Below are positions 48,002 through 60,152 of a DNA stretch of 60,152 nt, piece after piece. The stretch comes from Nemertoderma westbladi (Eukaryota; Animalia; Xenacoelomorpha): NCBI GenBank assembly GCA_032718475.1, contig JAUCBJ010008981.1, positions 1 through 60,152 on the forward strand. The letters are read 5' to 3'. The translations under genes and the position numbers were made by a program. Position 1 is the stretch's first letter, and each line of letters begins with the position of its first letter. The notes below the pieces were generated by a model, which was not told where the DNA came from, did no database searches, and saw only the letters and a list, made by a program, of their open reading frames with translations.

Positions 48002-49487
48002 CAGGCGCAGAAAGAGTCCCGACTCAAACAGACTACAGCGGCCAAGAATGCAGTTAAGGCTGCAGAAATGAAAACAAATAAGTTGGTGCCAGTTCCCAAG
48101 AAGGGCAACCTAACACTCTATGGTTCTTTTCGGGGAATCTCATTGATCTCGATTGCTGCAAAACTATACAATAGAATTCTATTAAATCGCATCAGGGATC
48201 CCATTGAGAGACTGCTACGTGGAAATCAGAATGGGTTCCGTAAAGGTCGTGGGACCATGGAGCCCATTTTGGCACTTAGAAGGATAATTGAAGAGTTATC
48301 AAAAAAGAAAGACACGCATCTGGCTGTTATCTTTGTTGATTTCTTCAAGGCCTTTGATTCAGTCTCTCGCTCACGTATGTTCAGCATACTTTCATTATAT
48401 GGGATTCCTGATGAAATTATTGCAGCAATCAGATCAGTATACGATGGTTCGACAACATTTGTGTCTACTGTTGACGGTGACACAGAAACCATTTGAAGTG
48501 TTATGGGGCGTCCTCCAAGGAGACACACTTGCACCATTCTTGTTCATTATTGTGGTTGACTATGTTCTACGCATGTCCTTAGATCATCATAATGATGATG
48601 GGGTGATGATAACTCCACCTACTGGCTCCAGAAGTCGAGGAAATCCTGCCAAGTACCTAACTGATCTAGACTTTGCTGATGACTTAGGAGTACTCTCAGA
48701 ATCATTAGAGGGAGCCCAACGGCTCCTCAGCTCATTAGAACATGCTGCTTCTAGTGTTGGTCTTTTTATTAACTCCAGAAAGACCACAATTCTGACAGTT
48801 AACTTTGAAACTCCTCAGCAAGTCTCTGATCGGATGAGCATAAGCTCAAAGGATGGTATGCTTGAGCATGTGGACGACTTCTGATACCTGGGATCATGGA
48901 TCCGGAAGTCAGGTGTGGACCTTCGAATACGTAAGGGAAAGGCATGGGCAGCCTTGAATAGGCTTTCCAGGATTTGGAAGTCACCTAGAATTAATCGGAA
49001 ACTTAAGGTCCGATTATTTAGAGCAGCAGTAGTTCCAGTACTCCTCTACGGGAGTCCATGCTGGGCTCTAACTGCTGAGGACACCAAATCTCTGGATGGC
49101 ACATTCACAAAAATGCTACGCCGGGTACATTGTGTCAAGTACAATGCACACATCTCCAACCAGACACTATATAACATTGGAGGTGTCTCATTGGTTCCCC
49201 CAAGCTTGACACTGGAACAAAATCGCCTCCGCTTTGCAGGACATTGCTTTCGCCGTGAGGACCAGCCAGTGCATAATCTTGTACTTTGGCAGCCTCATGG
49301 AGTGAATAAGCATGGTGGACAGCCCATGACTTTCTTGAGACGCATCTTAAAGGACACTGGCCTTAAAGATGCGGATGATCTAGCAAATGTCATGGGTGAT
49401 AGGGAGTTGTGGTGGTGCAATTTTGTTGACAAGCCGGCACAGCATTCTTAAAAATGCAGCTGCAATGCAGCATGCCGATCCTAGTAG
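48002..49487 (+). mobile_element. RTE-type LINE family 1, truncated insertion
   Basis: TSD TTGTCATGTG at 47992-48001 and 49488-49497. Internal deletion near 48064, a frameshift and a stop. Confidence 0.92.
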
Positions 49488-50511
49488 TTGTCATGTGTTG
49501 TCTCCAGTTGATGTTTAGGGCTGCCCTTAGTAGTCTTATGTAGCAACCATCAATTCCTTGTTCAAGTGATTTGGTCAGTGTCCAGGTCTCACCTCCGTAT
49601 AAAAATACACTTTCCACTGTGGCTCGAAAGAACTTAGTCTTCAGGTGCCTGGAGAGATCTGATTTCCAGATGGTATACATTTTTGATAGAGCGACCCAAT
49701 CCTTTGCTTTCCTAACTTCTATGTCCTTTTTGCTACTCTCTATCCATGATTCAAGGTACTGGAAGTCGTCGACCTTCTTTAGTTGATTATTATCAATGGT
49801 TGTCAAGTTTCCATCAACATTAAAGGTCATGAATTCGGTCTTGGTAGCATTTATATGCAATCCAACCCCCTTAGCAGCCCTCTCCACTTTATTTAGTAGA
49901 AGCTGTGCATCTGTTAGCGTATTAGAGAGCAGGGCGATGTCATCCACAAAGTCGGTGTCTGTGACTGTAGTTACCGGATATCTACTACTGCTGCGTTCTT
50001 GAAGTGTGAATCCCAGATCTTCAACAACTTTGTGGCCGTCCTCATTGCGTAATCCAGTACAATTACAAATAGTAATGGTGCTAATGTGTCACCTTGCAGT
50101 ACGCCAGCCTGGATTGAGAAAAAGGATTGAGTTTCACCATCTGGTGAGAGTGTACCTGTGCTTCTGTGACACAATATAACAATCCAATGCCAGCAACAAT
50201 TACTTCTGGTATTCCATAAGCTCTTAGGATTTCAAGCATTTTACCTCTATGGATAGAGTCGAATGCCTTCTTGAAGTCCACAAAAGTCATGACTGCGGGG
50301 AGATTCTTTGACTAAATTCCTTCAATCAGTCTCCGTAGTGCAAGTATCTGAGCTATTGTTGATCTATTTGGTCGAAATCCGTTTTGGCTCTTACGCAGTA
50401 GTTTCTCTATTTGAGGCCTAATCCTATATAGAATCATTTTATTGTATATTTTGGCAGCTACCACAAGCAGACAGATCCCACGATAGTTTGTTGGTATACC
50501 GAGGTCTCCTT

Positions 50512-51567
50512 CCGTAAAGGTCGTGGGACCATGGAGCCCATTTTGGCACTTAGAAGGATAATTGAAGAATTATCAAAAAAGAAAGACAGGCATCTGGCTG
50601 TTATCTTTGTTGACTTCTTCAAGGCCTTTGATTCAGTCTCTCGGTCACGTATGTTCAGCATACTTTCATTATATGATGGGGTGATGATAACTCCACCTAC
50701 TGGCTCCAGAAGTCGAGGAAATCCTGCCAAGTACCTAACTGATCTAGACTTTGCTGATGACTTAGGAGTACTCTCAGAATCATTAGAGGGAGCCCAACGG
50801 CTCCTCAGCTCATTAGAACATGCCGCTTCTAGTGTTGGTCTTTTTATTAACTCCAGAAAGACCAAAATTCTGACAGTTAACTTTGAAAGTCCTCAGCAAG
50901 TCTCTGATCGGATGAGCATAAGCTCAAAGGATGGTATGCTTGAGCATGTGGACGACTTCTGTTACCTGGGATCATGGATCCGGAAGTCAGTACGTATACG
51001 AATACGTAAGGGAAATGCATGGGCAGCCTTGAATAGGCTTTCCAGGATTTGGAAGTCACCGAGAATTAATCGGAAACTTAAGGTCGGATTATTTAGAGCA
51101 GCAGTAGTTCCAGTACTCCTCTACGGGAGTCCATGCTGGGCTCTAACTGCTGAGGACACCAAATCTCTGGATGGCACATTCACAAGAATGCTACGCCGGG
51201 TTCATTGTGTCAAGTACAATGCACACATCTCCAACCAGACACTATATAACATTGGAGGTGTCTCATTGGTTCCCCCAAGCTTGACACTAGAACAAAATCG
51301 CCTCTGCTTTGCAGGACATTGCTTTCGCCGTGAGGACCAGCCAGTGCATAATCTTGTACTTTGGCAGCCTCATGGAGTGAATAAGCATGGTGGACAGCCC
51401 ATGACTTTCTTGAGACGCATCTTAAAGGACACTGGCCTTAAAGATGCGGATGATCTAGCAAATGTCATGGGTGAAAGGGAGTTGTGGCGGTGCAATTTTG
51501 TTGACAAGCCGGCACAGCATTCTTAAAAATGCAGCTGCAATGCAGCATGCCGATCCTAGTAGTAGTA
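50512..51567 (+). mobile_element. RTE-type LINE family 1, truncated insertion
   Basis: TSD GAGGTCTCCTT at 50501-50511 and 51568-51578. Internal deletion near 50675 and a (TAG)n tail. Confidence 0.92.
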
Positions 51568-52071
51568 GAGGTCTCCTTTCTTAGGGAGAGGCTTTAGTTG
51601 ACCTTTAGTCCAAATTGGTGGTGGTTTTTCCCCTTTTAACATCCGGTCTGTTTAGCACTCCTGTTTTCCATACCTCCGCTGGGATTTCATCTAAATCACT
51701 CGCTTTATTATTGGACATGCTTTTAATGCTTCTTTGGAGTTCGGCAGGCGTGAAGTCCCCTGTCTCTATAGGTAGTGTCTTGTCATATATTTTCCTTGTA
51801 GGGCTGACCTCGATGTTTGGTGGCTCACCAAGCAAGTTGTGGAAGTGATTTTTCCACTTCCCAACACGTTCTCTTCAGGACTATCGGCTTTGAGGCGCCC
51901 CTTTGCACAACTTTTCCGACCAGATACCTCATTTACAGTTTGCCAGGTAAGTCTTCATTGTTGCTGTATGGGAGCTGTTCGATTTTATCATGTATGTACT
52001 TTTCCTGGCTGATGTTGTAGGCCAATTTAAGATCGTCCTTAGCTTTCTCAACCTTGTTAGTGTTTTCGGTT

Positions 52072-55000
52072 GTTGTGGTTATGGTAACTCAACTACGTTA
52101 TGGTGGGTTGTGGTTACGGTAACTCAACTACGTTATGGTTGGTTGTGGTTACGATAACTCAACTACGTTATGGTGGGTTGTGGTTACGATAACTCAACTA
52201 CGTTATGGTGGGTTGTGGTTACGATAACTTAACTACGTTATGGTGGGTTGTGGTTACGATAACTCAACTACGTTATGGTGGGTTGTGGTTACGATAACTC
52301 AACTACGTTATGGTGGGTTGTGGTTACGATAACTCAACTACGTTATGGTTGGTTGTGGTTACGATAACTCAACTACGTTATGGTTGGTTGTGGTTACGAT
52401 AACTCAACTACGTTATGGTGGGTTGTGGTTACGATAACTCAACTACGTTATGGTTGGTTGTGGTTACGATAACCCAACTACGTTATGGTGGGTTGTGGTT
52501 ACGATAACTCAACTACCTTATGGTGGGTTGTGGTTACGATAACTCAACTACGTTATGGTGGGTTGTGGTTACGATAACTCAACTACGTTATGGTGGGTTG
52601 TGGTTACGATAACTTAACTACGTTATGGTGGGTTGTGGTTACGATAACTCAACTACGTTATGGTTGGTTGTGGTTACGATAACTCAACTACGTTATGGTT
52701 GGTTGTGGTTACGATAACTTAACTACGTTATGGTGGGTTGTGGTTACGGTAACTCAACTACGTTATGGTGGGTTGTGGTTACGGTAACTCTACTACGTTA
52801 TGGTGGGTTGTGGTTACGGTAACTCAACTACGTTATGGTGGGTTGTGGTTACGGTAACTCAACTACGTTATGGTGGGTTGTGGTTACGGTAACTCAACTA
52901 CGTTATGGTGGGTTGTGGTTACGGTAACTCAACTACGTTATGGTGGGTTGTGGTTACGGTAACTCAACTACGTTATGGTGGGTTGTGGTTACGGTAACTC
53001 AACTACGTTATGGTGGGTTGTGGTTACGGTAACTCAACTACGTTATGGTTGGTTGTGGTTACGATAACTTAACTACGTTATGATGGTTGTGGTTACGGTA
53101 ACTCAACTACGTTATGGTGGGTTGTGGTTACGGTAACTCTACTACGTTATGGTGGGTTGTGGTTACGGTAACTCAACTACGTTATGGTGGGTTGTGGTTA
53201 CGTTAACTCAACTACGTTATGGTGGGTTGTGCTTACGGTAACTCAACTACGTTATGGTGGGTTGTGGTTATGGTAACTCAACTACGTTATGGTGGGTTGT
53301 GGTTACGGTAACTCAACTACGTTATGGTTGGTTGTGGTTACGATAACTCAACTACGTTATGGTGGGTTGTGGTTACGATAACTCAACTACGTTATGGTGG
53401 GTTGTGGTTACGATAACTTAACTACGTTATGGTGGGTTGTGGTTACGATAACTCAACTACGTTATGGTGGGTTGTGGTTACGATAACTCAACTACGTTAT
53501 GGTGGGTTGTGGTTACGATAACTCAACTACGTTATGGTTGGTAGTGGTTACGATAACTCAACTACGTTATGGTTGGTTGTGGTTACGATAACTCAACTAC
53601 GTTATGGTGGGTTGTGGTTACGATAACTCAACTACGTTATGGTTGGTTGTGGTTACGATAACCCAACTACGTTATGGTGGGTTGTGGTTACGATAACTCA
53701 ACTACCTTATGGTGGGTTGTGGTTACGATAACTCAACTACGTTATGGTGGGTTGTGGTTACGATAACTCAACTACGTTATGGTGGGTTGTGGTTACGATA
53801 ACTTAACTACGTTATGGTGGGTTGTGGTTACGATAACTCAACTACGTTATGGTTGGTTGTGGTTACGATAACTCAACTACGTTATGGTTGGTTGTGGTTA
53901 CGATAACTTAACTACGTTATGGTGGGTTGTGGTTACGGTAACTCAACTACGTTATGGTGGGTTGTGGTTACGGTAACTCTACTACGTTATGGTGGGTTGT
54001 GGTTACGGTAACTCAACTACGTTATGGTGGGTTGTGGTTACGGTAACTCAACTACGTTATGGTGGGTTGTGGTTACGGTAACTCAACTACGTTATGGTGG
54101 GTTGTGGTTACGGTAACTCAACTACGTTATGGTGGGTTGTGGTTACGGTAACTCAACTACGTTATGGTGGGTTGTGGTTACGGTAACTCAACTACGTTAT
54201 GGTGGGTTGTGGTTACGGTAACTCAACTACGTTATGGTTGGTTGTGGTTACGATAACTTAACTACGTTATGGTGGTTGTGGTTACGGTAACTCAACTACG
54301 TTATGGTGGGTTGTGGTTACGGTAACTCTACTACGTTATGGTGGGTTGTGGTTACGGTAACTCAACTACGTTATGGTGGGTTGTGGTTACGTTAACTCAA
54401 CTACGTTATGGTGGGTTGTGGTTACGGTAACTCAACTACGTTATGGTGGGTTGTGGTTACGGTAACTCAACTACGTTATGGTGGGTTGTGGTTACGGTAA
54501 CTCAACTACGTTATGGTGGGTTGTGGTTACGGTAACTCAACTACGTTATGGTGGGTTGTGGTTACGGTAACTCTACTACGTTATGGTGGGTTGTGGTTAC
54601 GGTAACTCAACTACGTTATGGTGGGTTGTGGTTACGGTAACTCAACTACGTTATGGTGGGTTGTGGTTACGGTAACTCAACTACGTTATGGTGGGTTGTG
54701 GTTACGGTAACTCAACTACGTTATGATGGGTTGTGGTTACGGTAACTCAACTACGTTATGGTGGGTTGTGGTTACGGTAACTCAACTACGTTATGGTGGG
54801 TTGAGGTCACGATAACTCAACTACGTTATGGTGGGTTGTGGTTGCGGTAACTCAACTACGTTATAGTGGGTTGTGGTTACGGTAACTCAACTACGTTATG
54901 GTGGGTTGTGGTTACGGTAACTCAACTACGTTATGGTGGGTTGTGGTTACGGTAACTCTACTACGTTATGGTGGGTTGTGGTTACGATAACTCAACTACG

Positions 55001-57996
55001 TTATGGTGGGTTGTGGTTACGGTAACTCAACTACGTTATGGTGGGTTGTGGTTACGGTAACTCAACTACGTTATGGTGGGTTGTGGTTACGGTAACTCAA
55101 CTACGTTATGGTGGGTTGTGGTTACGATAACTCAACTACGTTATGGTGGGTTGTGGTTACGGTAACTCAACTACGTTATGGTGGGTTGTGGTTACGGTAA
55201 CTCAACTACGTTATGGTGGGTTGTGGTTACGGTAACTCAACTACGTTATGGTGGGTTGTGGTTACGGTAACTCAACTACGTTATGGTGGGTTGTGGTTAC
55301 GATAACTTAACTACGTTATGGTGGGTTGTGGTTACGGTAACTCAACTACGTTATGGTGGGTTGTGGTTACGGTAACTCAACTACGTTATGGTGGGTTGTG
55401 GTTACGGTAACTCAACTACGTTATGGTGGGTTGTGGTTACGGTAACTCAACTACGTTATGGTGGGTTGTGGTTACGGTAACTCAACTACGTTATGGTGGG
55501 TTGTGGTTACGGTAACTCAACTACGTTATGGTGGGTTGTGGTTACGGTAACTCAACTACGTTATGGTGGGTTGTGGTTACGGTAACTCAACTACGTTATG
55601 GTGGGTTGTGGTTACGATAACTCAACTACGTTATGGTGGGTTGTGGTTACGGTAACTCAACTACGTTATGGTGGGTTGTGGTTACGGTAACTCAACTACG
55701 TTATGGTGGGTTGTGGTTACGGTAACTCAACTACGTTATGGTGGGTTGTGGTTACGATAACTCAACTACGTTATGGTGGGTTGTGGTTACGGTAACTCAA
55801 CTACGTTATGGTGGGTTGTGGTTACGGTAACTCAACTACGTTATGGTGGGTTGTGGTTACGGTAACTCAACTACGTTATGGTGGGTTGTGGTTACGATAA
55901 CTCAACTACGTTATGGTGGGTTGTGGTTACGGTAACTCAACTACGTTATGGTGGGTTGTGGTTACGGTAACTCAACTACGTTATGGTGGGTTGTGGTTAC
56001 GGTAACTCAACTACGTTATGGTGGGTTGTGGTTACGATAACTCAACTACGTTATGGTGGGTTGTGGTTACGGTAACTCAACTACGTTATGGTGGGTTGTG
56101 GTTACGGTAACTCAACTACGTTATGGTGGGTTGTGGTTACGGTAACTCAACTACGTTATGGTGGGTTGTGGTTACGGTAACTCAACTACGTTATGGTGGG
56201 TTGTGGTTACGATAACTCAACTACGTTATGGTGGGTTGTGGTTACGGTAACTCAACTACGTTATGGTGGGTTGTGGTTACGGTAACTCAACTACGTTATG
56301 GTGGGTTGTGGTTACGGTAACTCAACTACGTTATGGTGGGTTGTGGTTACGATAACTCAACTACGTTATGGTGGGTTGTGGTTACGGTAACTCAACTACG
56401 TTATGGTGGGTTGTGGTTACGGTAACTCAACTACGTTATGGTGGGTTGTGGTTACGATAACTCAACTACGTTATGGTGGGTTGTGGTTACGGTAACTCAA
56501 CTACGTTATGGTGGGTTGTGGTTACGGTAACTCAACTACGTTATGGTGGGTTGTGGTTACGGTAACTCAACTACGTTATGGTGGGTTGTGGTTACGATAA
56601 CTCAACTACGTTATGGTGGGTTGTGGTTACGGTAACTCAACTACGTTATGGTGGGTTGTGGTTACGGTAACTCAACTACGTTATGGTGGGTTGTGGTTAC
56701 GGTAACTCAACTACGTTATGGTGGGTTGTGGTTACGGTAACTCAACTACGTTATGGTGGGTTGTGGTTACGGATAACTCAACTACGTTATGGTGGGTTGT
56801 GGTTACGATAACTCAACTACGTTATGGTGGGTTGTGGTTACGGTAACTCAACTACGTTATGGTGGGTTGTGGTTACGATAACTCAACTACGTTATGGTGG
56901 GTTGTGGTTACGATAACTCAACTACGTTATGGTGGGTTGTGGTTACGATAACTCAACTACGTTATGGTGGGTTGTGGTTACGATAACTCAACTACGTTAT
57001 GGTGGGTTGTGGTTACGATAACTCAACTACGTTATGGTGGGTTGTGGTTACGATAACTCAACTACGTTATGGTGGGTTGTGGTTACGGTAACTCAACTAC
57101 GTTATGGTGGGTTGTGGTTACGATAACTCAACTACGTTATGGTGGGTTGTGGTTACGATAACTCAACTACGTTATGGTGGGTTGTGGTTACGATAACTCA
57201 ACTACGTTATGGTGGGTTGTGGTTACGATAACTCAACTACGTTATGGTGGGTTGTGGTTACGATAACTCAACTACGTTATGGTGGGTTGTGGTTACGGTA
57301 ACTCAACTACGTTATGGTGGGTTGTGGTTACGGTAACTCAACTACGTTATGGTGGGTTGTGGTTACGATAACTCAACTACGTTATGGTGGGTTGTGGTTA
57401 CGGTAACTCAACTACGTTATGGTGGGTTGTGGTTACGATAACTCAACTACGTTATGGTGGGTTGTGGTTACGATAACTCAACTACGTTATGGTGGGTTGT
57501 GGTTACGATAACTCAACTACGTTATGGTGGGTTGTGGTTACGATAACTCAACTACGTTATGGTGGGTTGTGGTTACGATAACTCAACTACGTTATGGTGG
57601 GTTGTGGTTACGGTAACTCAACTACGTTATGGTGGGTTGTGGTTACGGTAACTCAACTACGTTATGGTGGGTTGTGGTTACGATAACTCAACTACGTTAT
57701 GGTGGGTTGTGGTTACGATAACTCAACTACGTTATGGTGGGTTGTGGTTACGATAACTCAACTACGTTATGGTGGGTTGTGGTTACGGTAACTCAACTAC
57801 GTTATGGTGGGTTGTGGTTACGGTAACTCAACTACGTTATGGTGGGTTGTGGTTACGATAACTCAACTACGTTATGGTGGGTTGTGGTTACGGTAACTCA
57901 ACTACGTTATGGTGGGTTGTGGTTACGATAACTCAACTACGTTATGGTGGGTTGTGGTTACGATAACTCAACTACGTTATGGTGGGTTGTGGTTAC
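52072..57996. repeat. 35-bp GT-rich satellite (~5.9 kb, ~169 copies)
   Basis: Unit TTATGGTGGGTTGTGGTTACG(G/A)TAACTCAACTACG. Confidence 0.98.
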
Positions 57997-59416
57997 TTGT
58001 ACATTTCTGCTGGGGTGGCGTCGTGGTGGGATGGGATTCATTCTGTGATGAACAAACGATGGGACAAGGAGAAATAAATGTTGAAAGAATTAATAATTAT
58101 TACTAAGATAATTATAATTAGGAAAAATAACAAATATATTATATTTCTAACATCTAAATTATTACAAATATATTACAGTGACAGTAACGATTGATGACGA
58201 CATATTAATAGTGAAGTAAATTTTATTACAGTAAATCTATTAATTAGTACAAATTAATTGGCACTAATTCGTATAGTGCTAATTAACAAATTCCAGGTCA
58301 CTTAAAATTGCACTAAAAAATGCCATAAAAACAAAGTGATAAGTCACGAGATACTTAGCTACTGAAATATTAAATACTACAGTATTGATAATTAATAGTT
58401 GATGGATAAATTATACCAAGTTCATCACAAGTTCAAGAACCCCCACAGCCTCTCTAGACGTTCGCATATAGGCGAGACGGGGTGGGGAACACACCGGGGG
58501 TCTAACAATGCAGATAACTATTCAACTGGTCACGGTTAAAGGGCACGTCTAAATAAATGCTGCATCACCCTCGGTATAAAGCTAAGTACCTAGATGTATA
58601 ATCACCCTCGGTATAAAGCTAAGTACCTAGATGTGACCCTAAGTATAAAGTGCTATATTATTGCACTACGTAAAAACCAGCGACGGAGTAAAGTAATCGT
58701 TCAAAACATCTAAGTATTTACATCTAGGAGTTTAAATTACAATAGTAATTGATGGTTGTTTAAGTAGAATTGAGTAAAGTCACTAAGTCGGGTACCAAAC
58801 AGTCAAACATGGAATGAAACAAGTGTAGGACACGGTTCCTATGGTAACAGTGTTACAATAATAATACCTAGGTTACACAAATAAACATTCAATATGAAAT
58901 ATAACAATGGAATTAAGGGCATTTTGCACCATAAAATACAACAATTGAATCAGCACAACAATTATTAATTAAACAAAGAAATAAACTCAAAGCATCATAA
59001 TAAAATATATACGTAGAAACACAAAAATATAAAATAGTTCGGGTGGTTTACAGTAAAAGTCAATAAATTTTATGTTTAAAACATCAACTGGTCAATAAAT
59101 CACGACCTTCTAAAACTAGGTTTAGTAGGTCGTGAGTCAAAAGTGTAGAGTCTACTCTATTCTAAAAGAGGTCATATTTATATTCAAAGAAAACTTAGTC
59201 AGGTACGTAACATGGAGCATACAGCGTGATTAAATATACTCTAAAGACAAGTAATAATATATGTACTGCACAGAATTATATTTACAAAGAATGAGTTAAC
59301 TTATAGTGAATAATTCACCATAAAACTTGAACAATACGTTGTGAATCTGGCGAAAATCAAAGTAATATGGAGTGAGTCTAACAAATATACTGGTTAATAG
59401 AGTTCGTCGGTTCAGG

Positions 59417-59728
59417 TTAATTCGCGGTCACCGGTTGAGGTATAACAATCTCGACTCCCTTTGGGGCGTCGCTGGGTTTAAATAAATCGAAAGAATCAAC
59501 GGTCTCGAGGTTGGGTTCCAGGTTGCCGGGGTTGGGCACCACCGATATGCTGGAGAGGGCGCCGCCCTGGGCGTTGTTTATGGGCGCGGGGGCGGTGGTT
59601 AGGGGGTGGGTGCCCACAGACCGTCGGCTCCCTGGCTTGGGTCCCCTGGGACCGCGGTGGACGTAGGTAAACGGGACGATATTCACCATATCCAACTCGG
59701 GTTTACGCAAATGTCGCGGCTTTATGAT
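59417..59728 (-). CDS. Probable last coding exon of an unidentified host gene (IIKPRHLRKPELDMVNIVPFTYVHRG...VTAN*)
   Basis: GC-rich island with a TATTTTAG acceptor, an open frame to TAA, and AT-rich UTR-like sequence downstream. Family not recognised. Confidence 0.55.
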   Translation of the reverse strand: MIKPRHLRKPELDMVNIVPFTYVHRGPRGPKPGSRRSVGTHPLTTAPAPINNAQGGALSSISVVPNPGNLEPNLETVDSFDLFKPSDAPKGVEIVIPQPVTAN

Positions 59729-60152
59729 CTAAAATATAGGAGTTAAGCGTTAAACTTAACATTAGCTTTACTAAATTAATTGAAGTTGGACCAGAAAGAT
59801 AATAACTAGCGATTGTAGACAGTTAAGGGGGGGTGGGGGGGGGGGGGAGTCGAATTTTTGAAGCATATTCTATCAGAATTTCATGCTGAATCCAAATATG
59901 GAAACCGTTTTCCCATATCTTGCTAGTTTTCGAGATATCTGCAGTAGAAGATACTGGCTCCGATGTATCGCGATATCGGTAAAGGCGATGAAGTTTGCAA
60001 GTCTGCAAATTTCTGTGCTTAGTGGTGCCAATTGGATGTCTCCACGAGAAAGAGCACAACATTTTAATTGGGAAGGAATTTTTTTATGATTATTGGACCT
60101 ACTGATCAGTTTATAAGACAACTTCAAATCTCTGGAATAAAGACGGAACTCG

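Larger units (their letters stand above)
47736..52070 (-). mobile_element. RTE-type LINE family 2, degraded, split by two family 1 insertions
   Basis: (TAG)n tail at 47736. Segments 47736-48001, 49488-50511 and 51568-52070 join across the TSDs. Motifs DFKKAFDS, GVLQGDTLAP and DFVDD. Confidence 0.9.

Noticed and set aside
33004-57996. Tandem arrays as CRISPR arrays
   Set aside because: Units are contiguous with no unique spacers, there are no cas genes, and the context is eukaryotic.
52072-57996. Telomeric repeat
   Set aside because: Interstitial 35-bp complex unit with non-satellite sequence on both sides, and no TTAGGG or TTAGG tract.
58564-58634. 37-bp tandem duplication
   Set aside because: Two copies only; an ordinary slippage event.
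59823-60152. Short ORFs and a possible TTAA-GGGG DNA transposon end
   Set aside because: The ORFs have no recognisable motifs; the second end would lie outside the window, so TIR and TSD cannot be verified.

Overview
AT-rich, repeat-dense eukaryotic DNA, most likely from an invertebrate animal (species not determinable). The one complete host gene is an FMNL/Frl-type formin on + (exons 34574-37255 and 38352-38561, 963 aa). A probable last exon of a second gene lies on - at 59417-59728. The rest is mobile DNA and tandem repeats. There are two oppositely oriented copies of a BEL/Pao-derived LTR element with Gag-protease and an unknown 3' ORF but no RT or integrase: copy A 1-8233 (+, partial) and copy B 21515-33003 (-, complete, TSD GTTGT). 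Copy B is nested in a 49-bp minisatellite, itself inside a Mutator-like TIR element (10-bp TSD). There are also two RTE-type LINE families with (TAG)n tails, family 1 inserted twice antisense into family 2, plus a third LINE, two MITEs and five tandem arrays (49, 53, 47, 22 and 35 bp units). The most notable signal is that copy B has no tRNA-type PBS. The 10 nt directly after its 5' LTR are instead perfectly complementary to a motif conserved inside all three LTRs, suggesting Tf1-like self-priming in a BEL/Pao lineage.
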